Shown here piece by piece: positions 1-9,007 of a stretch of DNA of 64,000 nucleotides (position 1 is the first letter of the stretch; every line of letters starts with the position of its first letter). The notes beneath the pieces were generated by a model, which ran no database searches, had not been told where the DNA came from, and saw only the letters and a program-made list of their open reading frames with translations. This stretch comes from Coleofasciculus sp. B1-GNL1-01 (GTDB lineage Bacteria > Cyanobacteriota > Cyanobacteriia > Cyanobacteriales > Coleofasciculaceae): assembly GCA_040220235.1 (NCBI GenBank), contig JAVJTO010000108.1. The stretch is one strand, 5' to 3'. The translations under genes were made by a program, and so were the position numbers.

Positions 1-1215
1 AGAATCGGTAAGATAAGCACCCACAATCGCCAGATTTCCCTGAATCGCCACTGCATTGCCAAAGACATCTTGATGCCCAAAGTTCGAGGGGTGGAGTTTC
101 TGTTTTTCTGTCCACACACCGTTCGTATGTTGGAAAATATAGGCACTACCCACAGCCGGAGAACCATTCACTTGAGCCAAACGCGCCCCAATAATCGCTG
201 TCTCGCCACTCATAGCAATTGCACTGCCAAAGATCCCTTTTTCGGGTAAATCTGGAGGTTGTAGCTTCTGTTGAGGCTGCCAAGTTGGGCAGGGTATAAC
301 TAAAGGCATCCAGGCTTTAACCGACGTGAACCCAGAATTATTCAGATTTTCAATAACTGAATCCGGAGACGCGCCTTTATAGCCGACAATTGACCAAGCC
401 CCGCGAAATTGCAATTCATCAATCAGACGGCTACCGATCGCGCGACAGGCATCTTTGGCAGCTTGGGATAGATTGATACTGGCATCATCTTTAAGTGCGA
501 TCGCCACAATTTTCCCATCGGGTATCGCTTCAATTTTCCGGGCAAAGGCATCGGCAACAGACGCATCGGCCAAGAAGTCAAAGGAACCACTCAACACGGG
601 CTTCCCAGTAGCAGGTTCAAAGACTACCACATTTAACCCGCGCTGATATCCCCCCTTAATTGGGATTACATATCCATTCCGGCTAATATGCGTTAAAAAG
701 CCGTACTCTCCGCCCGCCGATGTCGCCGAAATTGCCGCCGTGTTCGCGAAAATGGAGGGGAGCGTAAAGGAACGAGAACAGGTGACACCATGCTCATCCG
801 ATAACGCTTCAGTTGCTGTTCCCGGTGTCGCTCCCTTTTGACCAATCATCGCCCAAGAACTGCGAAACTGGAGATAATAAACCCAATACGCCCCCAACGC
901 CGCACAAGCATTTTTCGCCCGCTCATCCAGATAGACAGTTCCCTCATCCTTCAGCGCGATCGCCACAATTCGACCAACAGGCAGACTCTCCATCCATTCG
1001 GTGAAGGCGATCGTACAACTGGGATCACCAAAGGTATCAAAGGTGGCGCTACCCAGCTTTTGACCCGTTACTTCATGGATAACCGCCACATTCAGTCCGC
1101 GATTGTACGGATCAAACCCGAATTCTTCGTCATTGACAGTAATCCGAGCCGAATTTCCCTGGTTATAAGCCGCCGACTGGACAGTGATATGGAGATGGGC
1201 TTCATTATGGTTCAT
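1..1215 (-). CDS. Tandem ILEI/PANDER (GG) domain protein with C-terminal FG-GAP-like repeats; continues past the window edge
   Basis: Not in the ORF track. Hand translation from ATG 1215 (AGGAAG upstream) gives MNHNEAHLHITVQSAAYNQGNSAR..RGLNVAV..IVAIALKDEG..LQFRSSWAMIG, a second copy GGYQRGLNVVVF..IVAIALKDDA..LQFRGAWSIVG, then FGSAIAMSGETAIIGA..GSAYIF and FGNAVAIQGNLAIVGA. Paralogous to 4533-5456 and 11641-12708. Confidence 0.85.
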   Translation of the reverse strand, partial: MNHNEAHLHITVQSAAYNQGNSARITVNDEEFGFDPYNRGLNVAVIHEVTGQKLGSATFDTFGDPSCTIAFTEWMESLPVGRIVAIALKDEGTVYLDERAKNACAALGAYWVYYLQFRSSWAMIGQKGATPGTATEALSDEHGVTCSRSFTLPSIFANTAAISATSAGGEYGFLTHISRNGYVIPIKGGYQRGLNVVVFEPATGKPVLSGSFDFLADASVADAFARKIEAIPDGKIVAIALKDDASINLSQAAKDACRAIGSRLIDELQFRGAWSIVGYKGASPDSVIENLNNSGFTSVKAWMPLVIPCPTWQPQQKLQPPDLPEKGIFGSAIAMSGETAIIGARLAQVNGSPAVGSAYIFQHTNGVWTEKQKLHPSNFGHQDVFGNAVAIQGNLAIVGAYLTDS

Positions 1216-1310
1216 GCTTTACTTCTTCCTTCACCCGCATCTGAAAAGTTGGTCATTCGTCATTTGTCATTTGTCATTCGTCATTTGTCAAGTCGGGGCG
1301 GGTTTATTTA

Positions 1311-1419
1311 GGGTCTGCTGAATAAGTCTTGTGGTGGGGAGAGGCAATAGGGAATAGGCAATGGGCAATGGTTTCAACCCTCTGTTGATGTAAAATTCGG
1401 CGTTTAGGTCAGCAAGCCC
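1311..1419. mobile_element. MITE family C (ends GGG(T/C)(C/T)TGCTGA) nested inside a REP doublet
   Basis: Ends gggtctgctga / tcagcaagccc; TATTTA duplicated at 1305-1310 and 1420-1425; related copy at 21266-21503 and partial copies near 16757-16791 and 54336. Confidence 0.7.
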
Positions 1420-1474
1420 TATTTACATCTGGGTGTAACCGAAAAGATAGTCGTGAAACCCGCCCCTACACAAT

Positions 1475-1570
1475 TTGCCCCATCTCCCCCATCTTCCCCA
1501 TCTCCCCCATCTTTCCCATCTTTCCCATCTTTCCCTGCTTCCCCTGCTTCCCCTGCTTCCCCTGCTTCCA
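1475..1570. repeat. 9-mer tandem repeats (CCCCATCT(T/C) then CCCCTGCTT)
   Basis: Directly visible arrays; they explain the spurious PHL/PLL ORF 1475-1693. Confidence 0.85.
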
Positions 1571-1577
1571 GCTACAA

Positions 1578-4166
1578 CTACGCCTTATGCTTCAGTGCCT
1601 CCAACACGGTGGGGGGAACTTCTAAATAGGTGTACGAATTGTTACGATCCCTTGACACCAAGAACAGCGTATCGCTGTCGGTGGGAATATTAGTCGTTAC
1701 TCGTACCGTTTCCGAGTCAGCGATAGGGAGCCAGTCCCCACTCGCCGTGAGATATCCCAACTCAGCTAGGTAATCCTGATCCGCTGACGGAAACGTGAGC
1801 AGCACATAATTCTCTGCACCCTGACAATCATATTCCTGGACACAGTGGGAACGATAGCGGTCTGGATCTAAGCTGTCGGAGACATCATATAGACGCAACA
1901 GTAGCTTTTCTCCCCCTTGGCGCTTTAAGGCTTGAATCTGATTGGGCGCTAATTCCCAGTAAGCATAGGCATTTTTGCCACTGTAAGGGACTAAGAAGAG
2001 GCGACTGTGAGAGAGATTCGGGGAATGAGACAGCCAGGTTCCTTCACCTTGACCTATGCCTCCTGGGAGGACATTGCCCGTCCCGAAAATCGGCGTCACC
2101 CGCACAGTTTCCGATCGCGTCAACGGTAACCAGTAGCCTTCACGGGTCAAGTAACCCAGTTCCACTAAATAATCCCGGTTCTCTGCGGGTAAGGATAACA
2201 GTAAATAGTTTTGCTCCCCCTGACATCCGAACTGTTGTAGCATCGGCGGCTGATCCCGCTCTGGATTAGGACTATCGGTGACATCATACAGACGCAACAT
2301 CAGCTTTTCTCCCCCTAAACGCTGGAGGGATTGGGCTTGAGCGGGGGCAATGTCCCAATAGGTATAGGCATTTTTGCCGTCATAAGGAACTAAAAAGAGG
2401 CGACTGTGAGCGGGGGCTGGCGGGTAATATCCTCCTCCATACCCAGATGGGGAAGGGGGTGCAGTCATCGCTGCGGTTGTCGTGGCTGGGTAGGGCGATG
2501 GCGCCAGCCAAGCTTGTGGGTTTGGAGTGGCGGTGACGGCGGGACTGATGGGAATTGTCGGAGAAACCCGCACCTTATTTGAGGTAGCCAAGAGCAGCCA
2601 TTCTCCGCCTGGGGTGAGATACCCTAACTCCGCTAAATAATCCCGATTCTCTGCGGGTAGCGTCAACAGGATATAAGGAGGTTGAGGCTCACAGCTAAAC
2701 TGCTGGAGGAGATAGGGGGGCTGATGGGGCGAAATCAGGCTGTCGGTGACATCATAAAGCCGTACTACCAGATCTTTGCCACCTTGATGCTGGAGATTCT
2801 GGATATGGGCGGGGGCTACGTCCCAATAGGCATAAGCGTTTTTGCCATCATAAGGGACTAAATGTAAACTGCTGTGGGCTGGGGCTGGTGCTGGGGCTGG
2901 TGCTGGTGCTGGGGCTGGTGCTGGGGCAGCGACTGGGGTTGGAGGCGGAACAGCCACACCTGCTGTGTTTGTGGGTTTGCCATTCGTTGCTATTCCCCCA
3001 GCTCCCCCAGCAAAAGGACGACGGGCTGAACGATCATCATCATCGCGATTTTTAAGCAGCCAGACGAGGAAACCACCAGCTAGAAACGAAAGGGCTATGA
3101 GTAACGGCACCCACCAGGGAATCAGTCCGGGTGGCGTGGCTTGGGCATCGACATCAGCCTCATCTACCTCGACAGGGGCGGCGGGTTCGGGCGAATCCGG
3201 AGAATCCGGTGCCTGGGCTAGCTGGGGTGCGGCGGCGGGTTCTTCGATCGCCTCTTCTGGTTCTGTGGTGGTTTCGGCAACAGCCTCGTCAACTGCCTGC
3301 TCATTAGAGGGATCTAAAGCATAGCCGATAAAGGCTTCTACCGCAGGCGTTGCAGGTTCCTTATAGACATAAGACAGGGATTGGGAAAAAGGATAGCGTT
3401 CATCATCGGGAAAGACTTTATGCATGGGGATGATTGTCACATCCTGACGATCAAACACTTGATCCGCGATCGCATACCCAATCCCGCCAGCGTTTTTTCC
3501 CAGTTCTTCAATTACGGCATCAGTACTATCTCGATCTACCTGGGTGGTATTGGCTCCGGTTCTAAAGGATGCCGCTTTAAACACATCGTAGCGTTGAAAA
3601 GCCTGCCGGGTATCACTATAGTCCGGGCGATCAATTAATTGAATTGGTCCAGGTTCACCCCCAAGTTCTGACCAATCGGTAATTTCGCCTCGGAATATCC
3701 GGGAAAATTGCTCGAAGGTAATATCTATATCCTTGTAAGGACTATTGGGTCCCACTAGAATCGCAATCTTTTGCCGACTTAAGGGAATTTGCACTAATCC
3801 TTGTGCCTTTTCTACCGCCGTCAATGGGCGTCCGATCGCCGCCAGATCAATCTCTTCATTAACCAAGGCTTCTAAGGCGGCGGTACTCCCGGCGGCATTG
3901 AGTTGAACATCACTATTGGGATACTGTCGCTCAAAGCGCTCTTTTAAGGCTTGATTTACCTTTGCCATACTGCTAGAACCATCCAGCCGCACTGTTGTCC
4001 CACGGGGAACGGACTCCGGTACCTCGAATTCCTCCGGTGAAACCTGAGCCAATACTGGACTCAGCCGCAGGGAGGTGAATCGGAACTGAGGGCTAACAGT
4101 TCCTAGCGTCAAAAATAGCATACCTGAGGCAAGGAATGCCTCTTTAGGTTTGAACATCTGCATCAT
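1578..4166 (-). CDS. PstS-like substrate-binding domain + TM helix + three DUF4912-like repeats
   Basis: VRLDGSSSM..GSTAALEAL..IDLAAIGR..FSRIFRGEITDWSELGG (PBP2/PstS-like); TM WWVPLLIALSFLAGGFLVWLL; (AP)n linker; three repeats of LxLVPYxGKNAYxYW..LRLYDV..DYLAELGY. Confidence 0.8.
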   Translation of the reverse strand: MMQMFKPKEAFLASGMLFLTLGTVSPQFRFTSLRLSPVLAQVSPEEFEVPESVPRGTTVRLDGSSSMAKVNQALKERFERQYPNSDVQLNAAGSTAALEALVNEEIDLAAIGRPLTAVEKAQGLVQIPLSRQKIAILVGPNSPYKDIDITFEQFSRIFRGEITDWSELGGEPGPIQLIDRPDYSDTRQAFQRYDVFKAASFRTGANTTQVDRDSTDAVIEELGKNAGGIGYAIADQVFDRQDVTIIPMHKVFPDDERYPFSQSLSYVYKEPATPAVEAFIGYALDPSNEQAVDEAVAETTTEPEEAIEEPAAAPQLAQAPDSPDSPEPAAPVEVDEADVDAQATPPGLIPWWVPLLIALSFLAGGFLVWLLKNRDDDDRSARRPFAGGAGGIATNGKPTNTAGVAVPPPTPVAAPAPAPAPAPAPAPAPAHSSLHLVPYDGKNAYAYWDVAPAHIQNLQHQGGKDLVVRLYDVTDSLISPHQPPYLLQQFSCEPQPPYILLTLPAENRDYLAELGYLTPGGEWLLLATSNKVRVSPTIPISPAVTATPNPQAWLAPSPYPATTTAAMTAPPSPSGYGGGYYPPAPAHSRLFLVPYDGKNAYTYWDIAPAQAQSLQRLGGEKLMLRLYDVTDSPNPERDQPPMLQQFGCQGEQNYLLLSLPAENRDYLVELGYLTREGYWLPLTRSETVRVTPIFGTGNVLPGGIGQGEGTWLSHSPNLSHSRLFLVPYSGKNAYAYWELAPNQIQALKRQGGEKLLLRLYDVSDSLDPDRYRSHCVQEYDCQGAENYVLLTFPSADQDYLAELGYLTASGDWLPIADSETVRVTTNIPTDSDTLFLVSRDRNNSYTYLEVPPTVLEALKHKA

Positions 4167-4413
4167 CAGTAACCTGGATTCTCTTTAATAAGTTTTTGAG
4201 TTAACGTTTAAGGGAGGCGCAAGCCATGTCAAATGATTTTTGTCAGCTTTATAGAATGTCTGACAATGGCAAAAAAATATAATATCTTATTTTGCTTTTT
4301 TGATCTAGATAGTTCATGAAAATTCATATTATTGGCGAAGATACCATAACCAATAGATAACGTTTTAGTTTTGACTTGACTCATACCCCTCTCATCTGCT
4401 CGATTTATTTAAC

Positions 4414-4535
4414 TAAGTAGTCGGACAAAAGAAAATAGTACGCTCCGGAGCCAGTTTTATAAATCACCCTCAACCCCTTACTGTTAAGAGTCACCTAATC
4501 TCAACCGTTCACTTTAATGAAACTCCACCGACTTA
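4414..4535. mobile_element. MITE family B (TAAGT..ACTTA ends), reverse orientation
   Basis: Reverse-complement similarity to 29062-29210, 39786-39909 and 60906-61023; its terminal TTA is the stop codon of CDS 4533-5456. Confidence 0.7.
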
Positions 4536-5456
4536 ACTCAGTTCCGAGACATTCTCTAACCAAACTCGAAATCCGACGGGTTGCTCATGACTCAGTTGTT
4601 CTATGGCGGAATCGGCTAATGTATCTTTATATCCCACAATCGCCCAAGAACTGCGGAATTGTAGATGGCGAATCAAGCGACTGCCAATGGATTCACAGGC
4701 TTGTTTTGCCCGTTCGGAAAGATTGACAAAAGCATCATCTTTGACGGCAATAGCAATACCGTGTTCTGGGGAACAATCTTCAATCAGTTGGGCAAAGGCA
4801 TCAGCATTCTCTGGGTTAGCAAATAAATCAAAGGAACGACTGATTTGTTGAGTTGTATCGTGACGGTTAAAGACAACAACATTTAATCCCCGTTGATATC
4901 CTCCTTCTATCCCTATCTCTTGGTTATTCCAGGTGATTTGGGCAAAATTTCCCTGATTCCCGCCTGCCGATATTACCCCTAAGCTGGGACGCTTTACAGC
5001 ATCCGCAGAGACAGGAAGTAAACGAGAACAGACGACATTTGAATAATCCGATAATTCTTCTTGGGCGATTCCGGGTTGGGCATCTTTTTGACCAATTAGC
5101 GCCCAAGAGGTGCGAAATCTCAAACCGTAAACTTGCCGACTGCCCAGGGATTGACAGGCGCGTTTAGCCCGTTGATTCAGGTTGGCACTCCCATCATCTT
5201 TAACCGCGATCGCGACAATTTGACCACTGGGTAATTGTTCCACCAGATCGGCAAATCGGTCGGCGTTTCCCGGTAAAAAGGTATCAAATGTGGTGCAAAC
5301 TAACGGTTGTCCTGTTACTTCATCGATAACAGCAACATTCAGTCCGCGATTATAGTGAATAAAGCCAATTTCTTGGTTGTTCAGGGTGATTAGGGCTGAG
5401 TCTCCCATGAATCCACCCGCTGATTGAACTGTTATCGTTACTGTTGAAGAAGTCAT
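4533..5456 (-). CDS. Tandem ILEI/PANDER (GG) domain protein
   Basis: Two copies of RGLNV(A/V)V..FD..AIAVKDD..L(R/Q)FR(T/S)SWA(L/I)(I/V)G, the ILEI/FAM3/POMGnT1-stem pattern. Confidence 0.8.
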   Translation of the reverse strand: MTSSTVTITVQSAGGFMGDSALITLNNQEIGFIHYNRGLNVAVIDEVTGQPLVCTTFDTFLPGNADRFADLVEQLPSGQIVAIAVKDDGSANLNQRAKRACQSLGSRQVYGLRFRTSWALIGQKDAQPGIAQEELSDYSNVVCSRLLPVSADAVKRPSLGVISAGGNQGNFAQITWNNQEIGIEGGYQRGLNVVVFNRHDTTQQISRSFDLFANPENADAFAQLIEDCSPEHGIAIAVKDDAFVNLSERAKQACESIGSRLIRHLQFRSSWAIVGYKDTLADSAIEQLSHEQPVGFRVWLENVSELS

Positions 5457-5524
5457 TTAAATTAATGAGAGTTGATGCAACCGGGATGATGTTTATTTAA
5501 AAGCGCTAAAGCGCTTACAACGAA

Positions 5525-6595
5525 CTAATGAACATATTCGCCATAGGCAAACCCCTTTGCTTGTATTGTTTCCCCTTGCAGCACCAGAGTCACGTCAACC
5601 GTACCCGTCACTTCTTCAATAAAGGTATATTGGCGACTCTGATTATCGGGTACAATTAACTCGCTAGTGGCATCAAATGCCATGGTTAATGACAATTGAT
5701 CCTGATCATCTGCCGCTTGCACTTGTAACTGTTGAGGCATACTCACTGTGCGATCGCCAAACAGTGACGCCATAATTCCAGGCAGACGTAACGGTAAACT
5801 GGCAGTGGCAGACCAATCCCAATCAATTTGTAACGTAGACCCCAAAAATACCTTCCGCAAGCGAGTGCCAGAATAGATAAAAATATAGGGTAAACCACTA
5901 ATGGAATGGTTTTTATTTGTACGTTTATCTAACACGAGTGTGAACGATCTGCCCTTTTTGTCCGTAACATAAGCGACAAACCATTCCCAACCAATATCCT
6001 CGCCCCAGCGAAACCGACCAAAATTGCGATCGTGATAGCAAAACCAGTCATGATCAATGGCAAAGGATCGCCCACAAACGGATACGTTTCCCGAAACCTT
6101 TAACCCTGGAATTAATCCCCACCCAATAAACCCACTCCCGAATGGCGCATCCTCGGTTACTAATAGGGGCATGGCTTCAGCTTGTCCTTGAACGTTGAGG
6201 GAAAGCTGCGCCCTCTCGTCGTGAACTTGAACCGATGAGTTCATGCCATTAATTTCCAGATTTATCCCCTTCCCTTGCAGACGTAAGGGGTGACGACATA
6301 CCATGTCAGGTTGCCAGTCTAGGCTAAAAGTTGTACCAAAAGTTGCCACTGCGGGAGAGGATTCCAGTTCTGGGGTAATTTGGGTGGAGGGCAAGTTGAC
6401 AATAAAGCTAACTTGCATCTGCCCCTGTTCCGGTCTGCCGATGAGAGTCGCGTTGACGAGTAGGCGGATTCCTGTTTTCAGATCCAGCCAAATAAAGTGA
6501 TACCAATCCTTCCAATCCAGAGGTAAGGCGGGATCTTCGAGGGGAATGCGTAAAGCTTCGACACGGTTAAGGAGAACTTGTTCGTTGACATTCAT
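5525..6595 (-). CDS. Hypothetical protein, CrtC/AttH/tocopherol-cyclase-like beta-barrel fold (tentative)
   Basis: WKDWYHF near the N-terminus and CYHDRNFGRFRWG..GWEW resemble the EWWYF and YHDHNWG..W motifs of that superfamily; 4-nt overlap (ATGA) with the upstream gene. Confidence 0.5.
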   Translation of the reverse strand: MNVNEQVLLNRVEALRIPLEDPALPLDWKDWYHFIWLDLKTGIRLLVNATLIGRPEQGQMQVSFIVNLPSTQITPELESSPAVATFGTTFSLDWQPDMVCRHPLRLQGKGINLEINGMNSSVQVHDERAQLSLNVQGQAEAMPLLVTEDAPFGSGFIGWGLIPGLKVSGNVSVCGRSFAIDHDWFCYHDRNFGRFRWGEDIGWEWFVAYVTDKKGRSFTLVLDKRTNKNHSISGLPYIFIYSGTRLRKVFLGSTLQIDWDWSATASLPLRLPGIMASLFGDRTVSMPQQLQVQAADDQDQLSLTMAFDATSELIVPDNQSRQYTFIEEVTGTVDVTLVLQGETIQAKGFAYGEYVH

Positions 6596-8256
6596 CGCCC
6601 CAGGGAACCTCCTTCATTGAGAACATCATTGAACATGACTGGGGAAGCTGGAGTAGGCGTGAGAGGCGGTGGGGCTTGATCCGCGATCGCCTGCACCCAC
6701 TTCGCCATCTTTGGTGACACCTGAATCAGTCCCAACAGAATCCCCACAAACCAGCGCTGGGCATCCATTCCCAGTTCGGAGACGAAGGTTTTTGTCGCTG
6801 CATTGGATACGGAAACGGGGTTGTCCATCCCTTTAACGTTTAAGGCATTGGGAACTAATGTCCACAGCCATCGTTCGCCGACATGAAGTAATCCCCCTTG
6901 TCCCATCTGCACCCCCAGAGAGGAATGATACGCCGCCGCCGCCGATTGACTGATCACCAGCCACCGGGGGGCTTGGGCTGAGGCAAAGGCGAGGACGCCA
7001 TTCTTGAAGAAACGAGTACGGCTGAGTCGATTGAGTAATTGGCAACCCGCTTCTGTGCGGCTGTAGGTATCTCCTTGTTGTGCCAACAGGATCAGGAGTT
7101 CTACCACCAACCAACGTCCTGGAAGTCCATCGAGTCCCGGTAATCCGGTGGTTAAACTGTAGCTGGCTTGGGCGGGAATGGTTTGATCAATCATCGGTAG
7201 AGTTGAATCCTGAGTCGCGATCGCCTGGAAACAATTAGCCAGTCTGGGTGACACCTGGGCAAGTCCCAAAATCAGTCCCGCAAACCATTGTTCAGGGTTT
7301 TGCGTATTGAGTATTGACGCTTCGCTTGGCTGATAGGAAATCGGGTTTGTCGGGGCGGGTTTAGCGACTTTCTTGTCGCTATTTGTAGTAACGTTTGTGC
7401 CAAACCCGCCCTGATTCAATTCTGAGTGAACTCCCCCATCTCCCCCATCTTCCCTATCTTTTCTATCTCCCCCATTCCCCATTTCAATATCAGTTTGGGC
7501 TAAATCAAATAACCATTCCTCCCAAATAGCAAGCAGATGCTGTTGTCCAATTTGCGCGGCGAGGAGAGTATTCGCCATCGAGATACTACTCGATATCCAA
7601 GCGGGGACTTGGGCTGAGGAAAAGGCATAAACGCCATTGCGATAGAACTGGGTGCGACTCAGTTGGCTGAGTAATTCATTCCCTTGGGGCGTTTGGGCAT
7701 AATTGGTGCCATGTTGACACAACCGAGTTAACAGTTCCGCCACCAACCAACGGGCAGGAATTTTATCCAAATCGATTAATCCCGACATCAGACCAAAGAT
7801 CCCGGCGGTACTGGGTTCAGCCGTTCCCAAATAGTTTTCCTTGCTGTCTCTCGGTGGTGGAAATGTCACCATTAAGGGATGGATGACGGGAGTGCGATCG
7901 CGGGTTTCTGTTGTGTCTAAGAGTTCTAATTGAATGGGAATGGCGTCTTCTAGCCAACCCGGAAATCTTAACCAGGTTTTCATGCTGATCCCACTCGGCA
8001 AATAGTCGGGAATGGGAATCGTTAACTGACAGGTTGATTCATACTCTGGAAACAAATAAACATACGTCGGATCTAAACGACTAACAATGGGCAAAATTTC
8101 GCTGTCATTGAGCAGCCAATCATCTAGAGTCGGACGTAACAGGACGGCTTCATGAAGCTGATTCCGGATCAAGAGCTGGAAAACTAAGTCTGTGCCGGAA
8201 TGGATTTTTAACCTTACTTGGGGCAGGGCGAGTTTTTTTTCTAAACGCTGACTCAT
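6592..8256 (-). CDS. Hypothetical protein with an internal duplication
   Basis: 554-aa ORF; LDKIPARWLVAELL..LSRTQFYRNGVYAFSSAQ recurs as LDGLPGRWLVVELL..LSRTRFFKNGVLAFASAQ. Confidence 0.8.
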   Translation of the reverse strand: MSQRLEKKLALPQVRLKIHSGTDLVFQLLIRNQLHEAVLLRPTLDDWLLNDSEILPIVSRLDPTYVYLFPEYESTCQLTIPIPDYLPSGISMKTWLRFPGWLEDAIPIQLELLDTTETRDRTPVIHPLMVTFPPPRDSKENYLGTAEPSTAGIFGLMSGLIDLDKIPARWLVAELLTRLCQHGTNYAQTPQGNELLSQLSRTQFYRNGVYAFSSAQVPAWISSSISMANTLLAAQIGQQHLLAIWEEWLFDLAQTDIEMGNGGDRKDREDGGDGGVHSELNQGGFGTNVTTNSDKKVAKPAPTNPISYQPSEASILNTQNPEQWFAGLILGLAQVSPRLANCFQAIATQDSTLPMIDQTIPAQASYSLTTGLPGLDGLPGRWLVVELLILLAQQGDTYSRTEAGCQLLNRLSRTRFFKNGVLAFASAQAPRWLVISQSAAAAYHSSLGVQMGQGGLLHVGERWLWTLVPNALNVKGMDNPVSVSNAATKTFVSELGMDAQRWFVGILLGLIQVSPKMAKWVQAIADQAPPPLTPTPASPVMFNDVLNEGGSLGR

Positions 8257-8350
8257 TTAACACCTATCGGGCGGCGTTTTACTCAATCCATTTTAATCTT
8301 TATTCACTCTTTTATTTGACGATTTTTCATTAAGTTAAATTACGGTGGTG

Positions 8351-8477
8351 TAAGCTGTTCGGCATTTAAACCTTAATGTAAATAATGGCGAAAGCCTTGT
8401 AGTGCGTTAAGCGAAGCCATGCCGCAGGCTTTGCATCTTGCTCGCTACTAATACCCAACTTAATGCATGACAGCTTA
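8351..8477. mobile_element. MITE family A (~128 bp, TAAGCTGT..ACAGCTTA)
   Basis: Near-identical copies at 14716-14843, 39647-39774 and 60777-60905; terminal inverted repeats bounded by TA. Confidence 0.85.
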
Positions 8478-8877
8478 ATTCATCTATGTCGTTGTATTCT
8501 CCTGGCATAATTAATTGCTTTGCTGGCTCTAACTCCTTCGTTCAGTGACATTCTATGTCAATGACTAGCACTGGATAAAAAAGGTTGTAGGTTAGGTGGT
8601 GCTGTGGCTAACTTCAGCTATCAAGGGTCAGCTTGGTTACGCTTCGATAAAAATTAGCCTAGGATTCAGACACCTAACCTACAAAATGTTGGTTTAAGTT
8701 AGTTACATCTAAATATGCTATTAACGATAACCAATGGAACACCAGGATGTAAATGCATAAAAGTTGGTCAAAATTGGTTAATTTCTGCCAGAGTCCTTTA
8801 AGATGCTTATTTTGTGCATTTTGTCAATACATAAAAGTTGGTAAGTTATCGCCTTTGAGAGGGTAACGGCGAACAGG

Positions 8878-8950
8878 TATAGCAACCGCCATGGCTGTTA
8901 GGACACATCATTTATGTAGAGACGCACCATGGCGCGTCTCTACAATGGTG
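8878..8950. repeat. TATAGC-headed element end + GTAGAGACGC-CATGG-GCGTCTCTAC REP palindrome
   Basis: Almost identical to 40713-40785; palindrome copies also near 13137, 21507 and 44515. Confidence 0.7.
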
Positions 8951-9007
8951 CCGAACTAGCACGTCTCCACATTTATCAGAGGTCAAGAACAAATGACCAA
9001 TGATGAT

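Noticed and set aside
838..1311. 157-aa plus-strand ORF (also 455-646 and 813-1004)
   Set aside because: These are antisense shadows of the minus-strand ILEI gene, and the tail is translated heptamer repeat.
1475..1693. PHL/PLL-repeat ORF; similar ORFs at 13220-13408, 31833-32042, 35601-35867 and 59076-59354
   Set aside because: They are translations of short tandem repeats.
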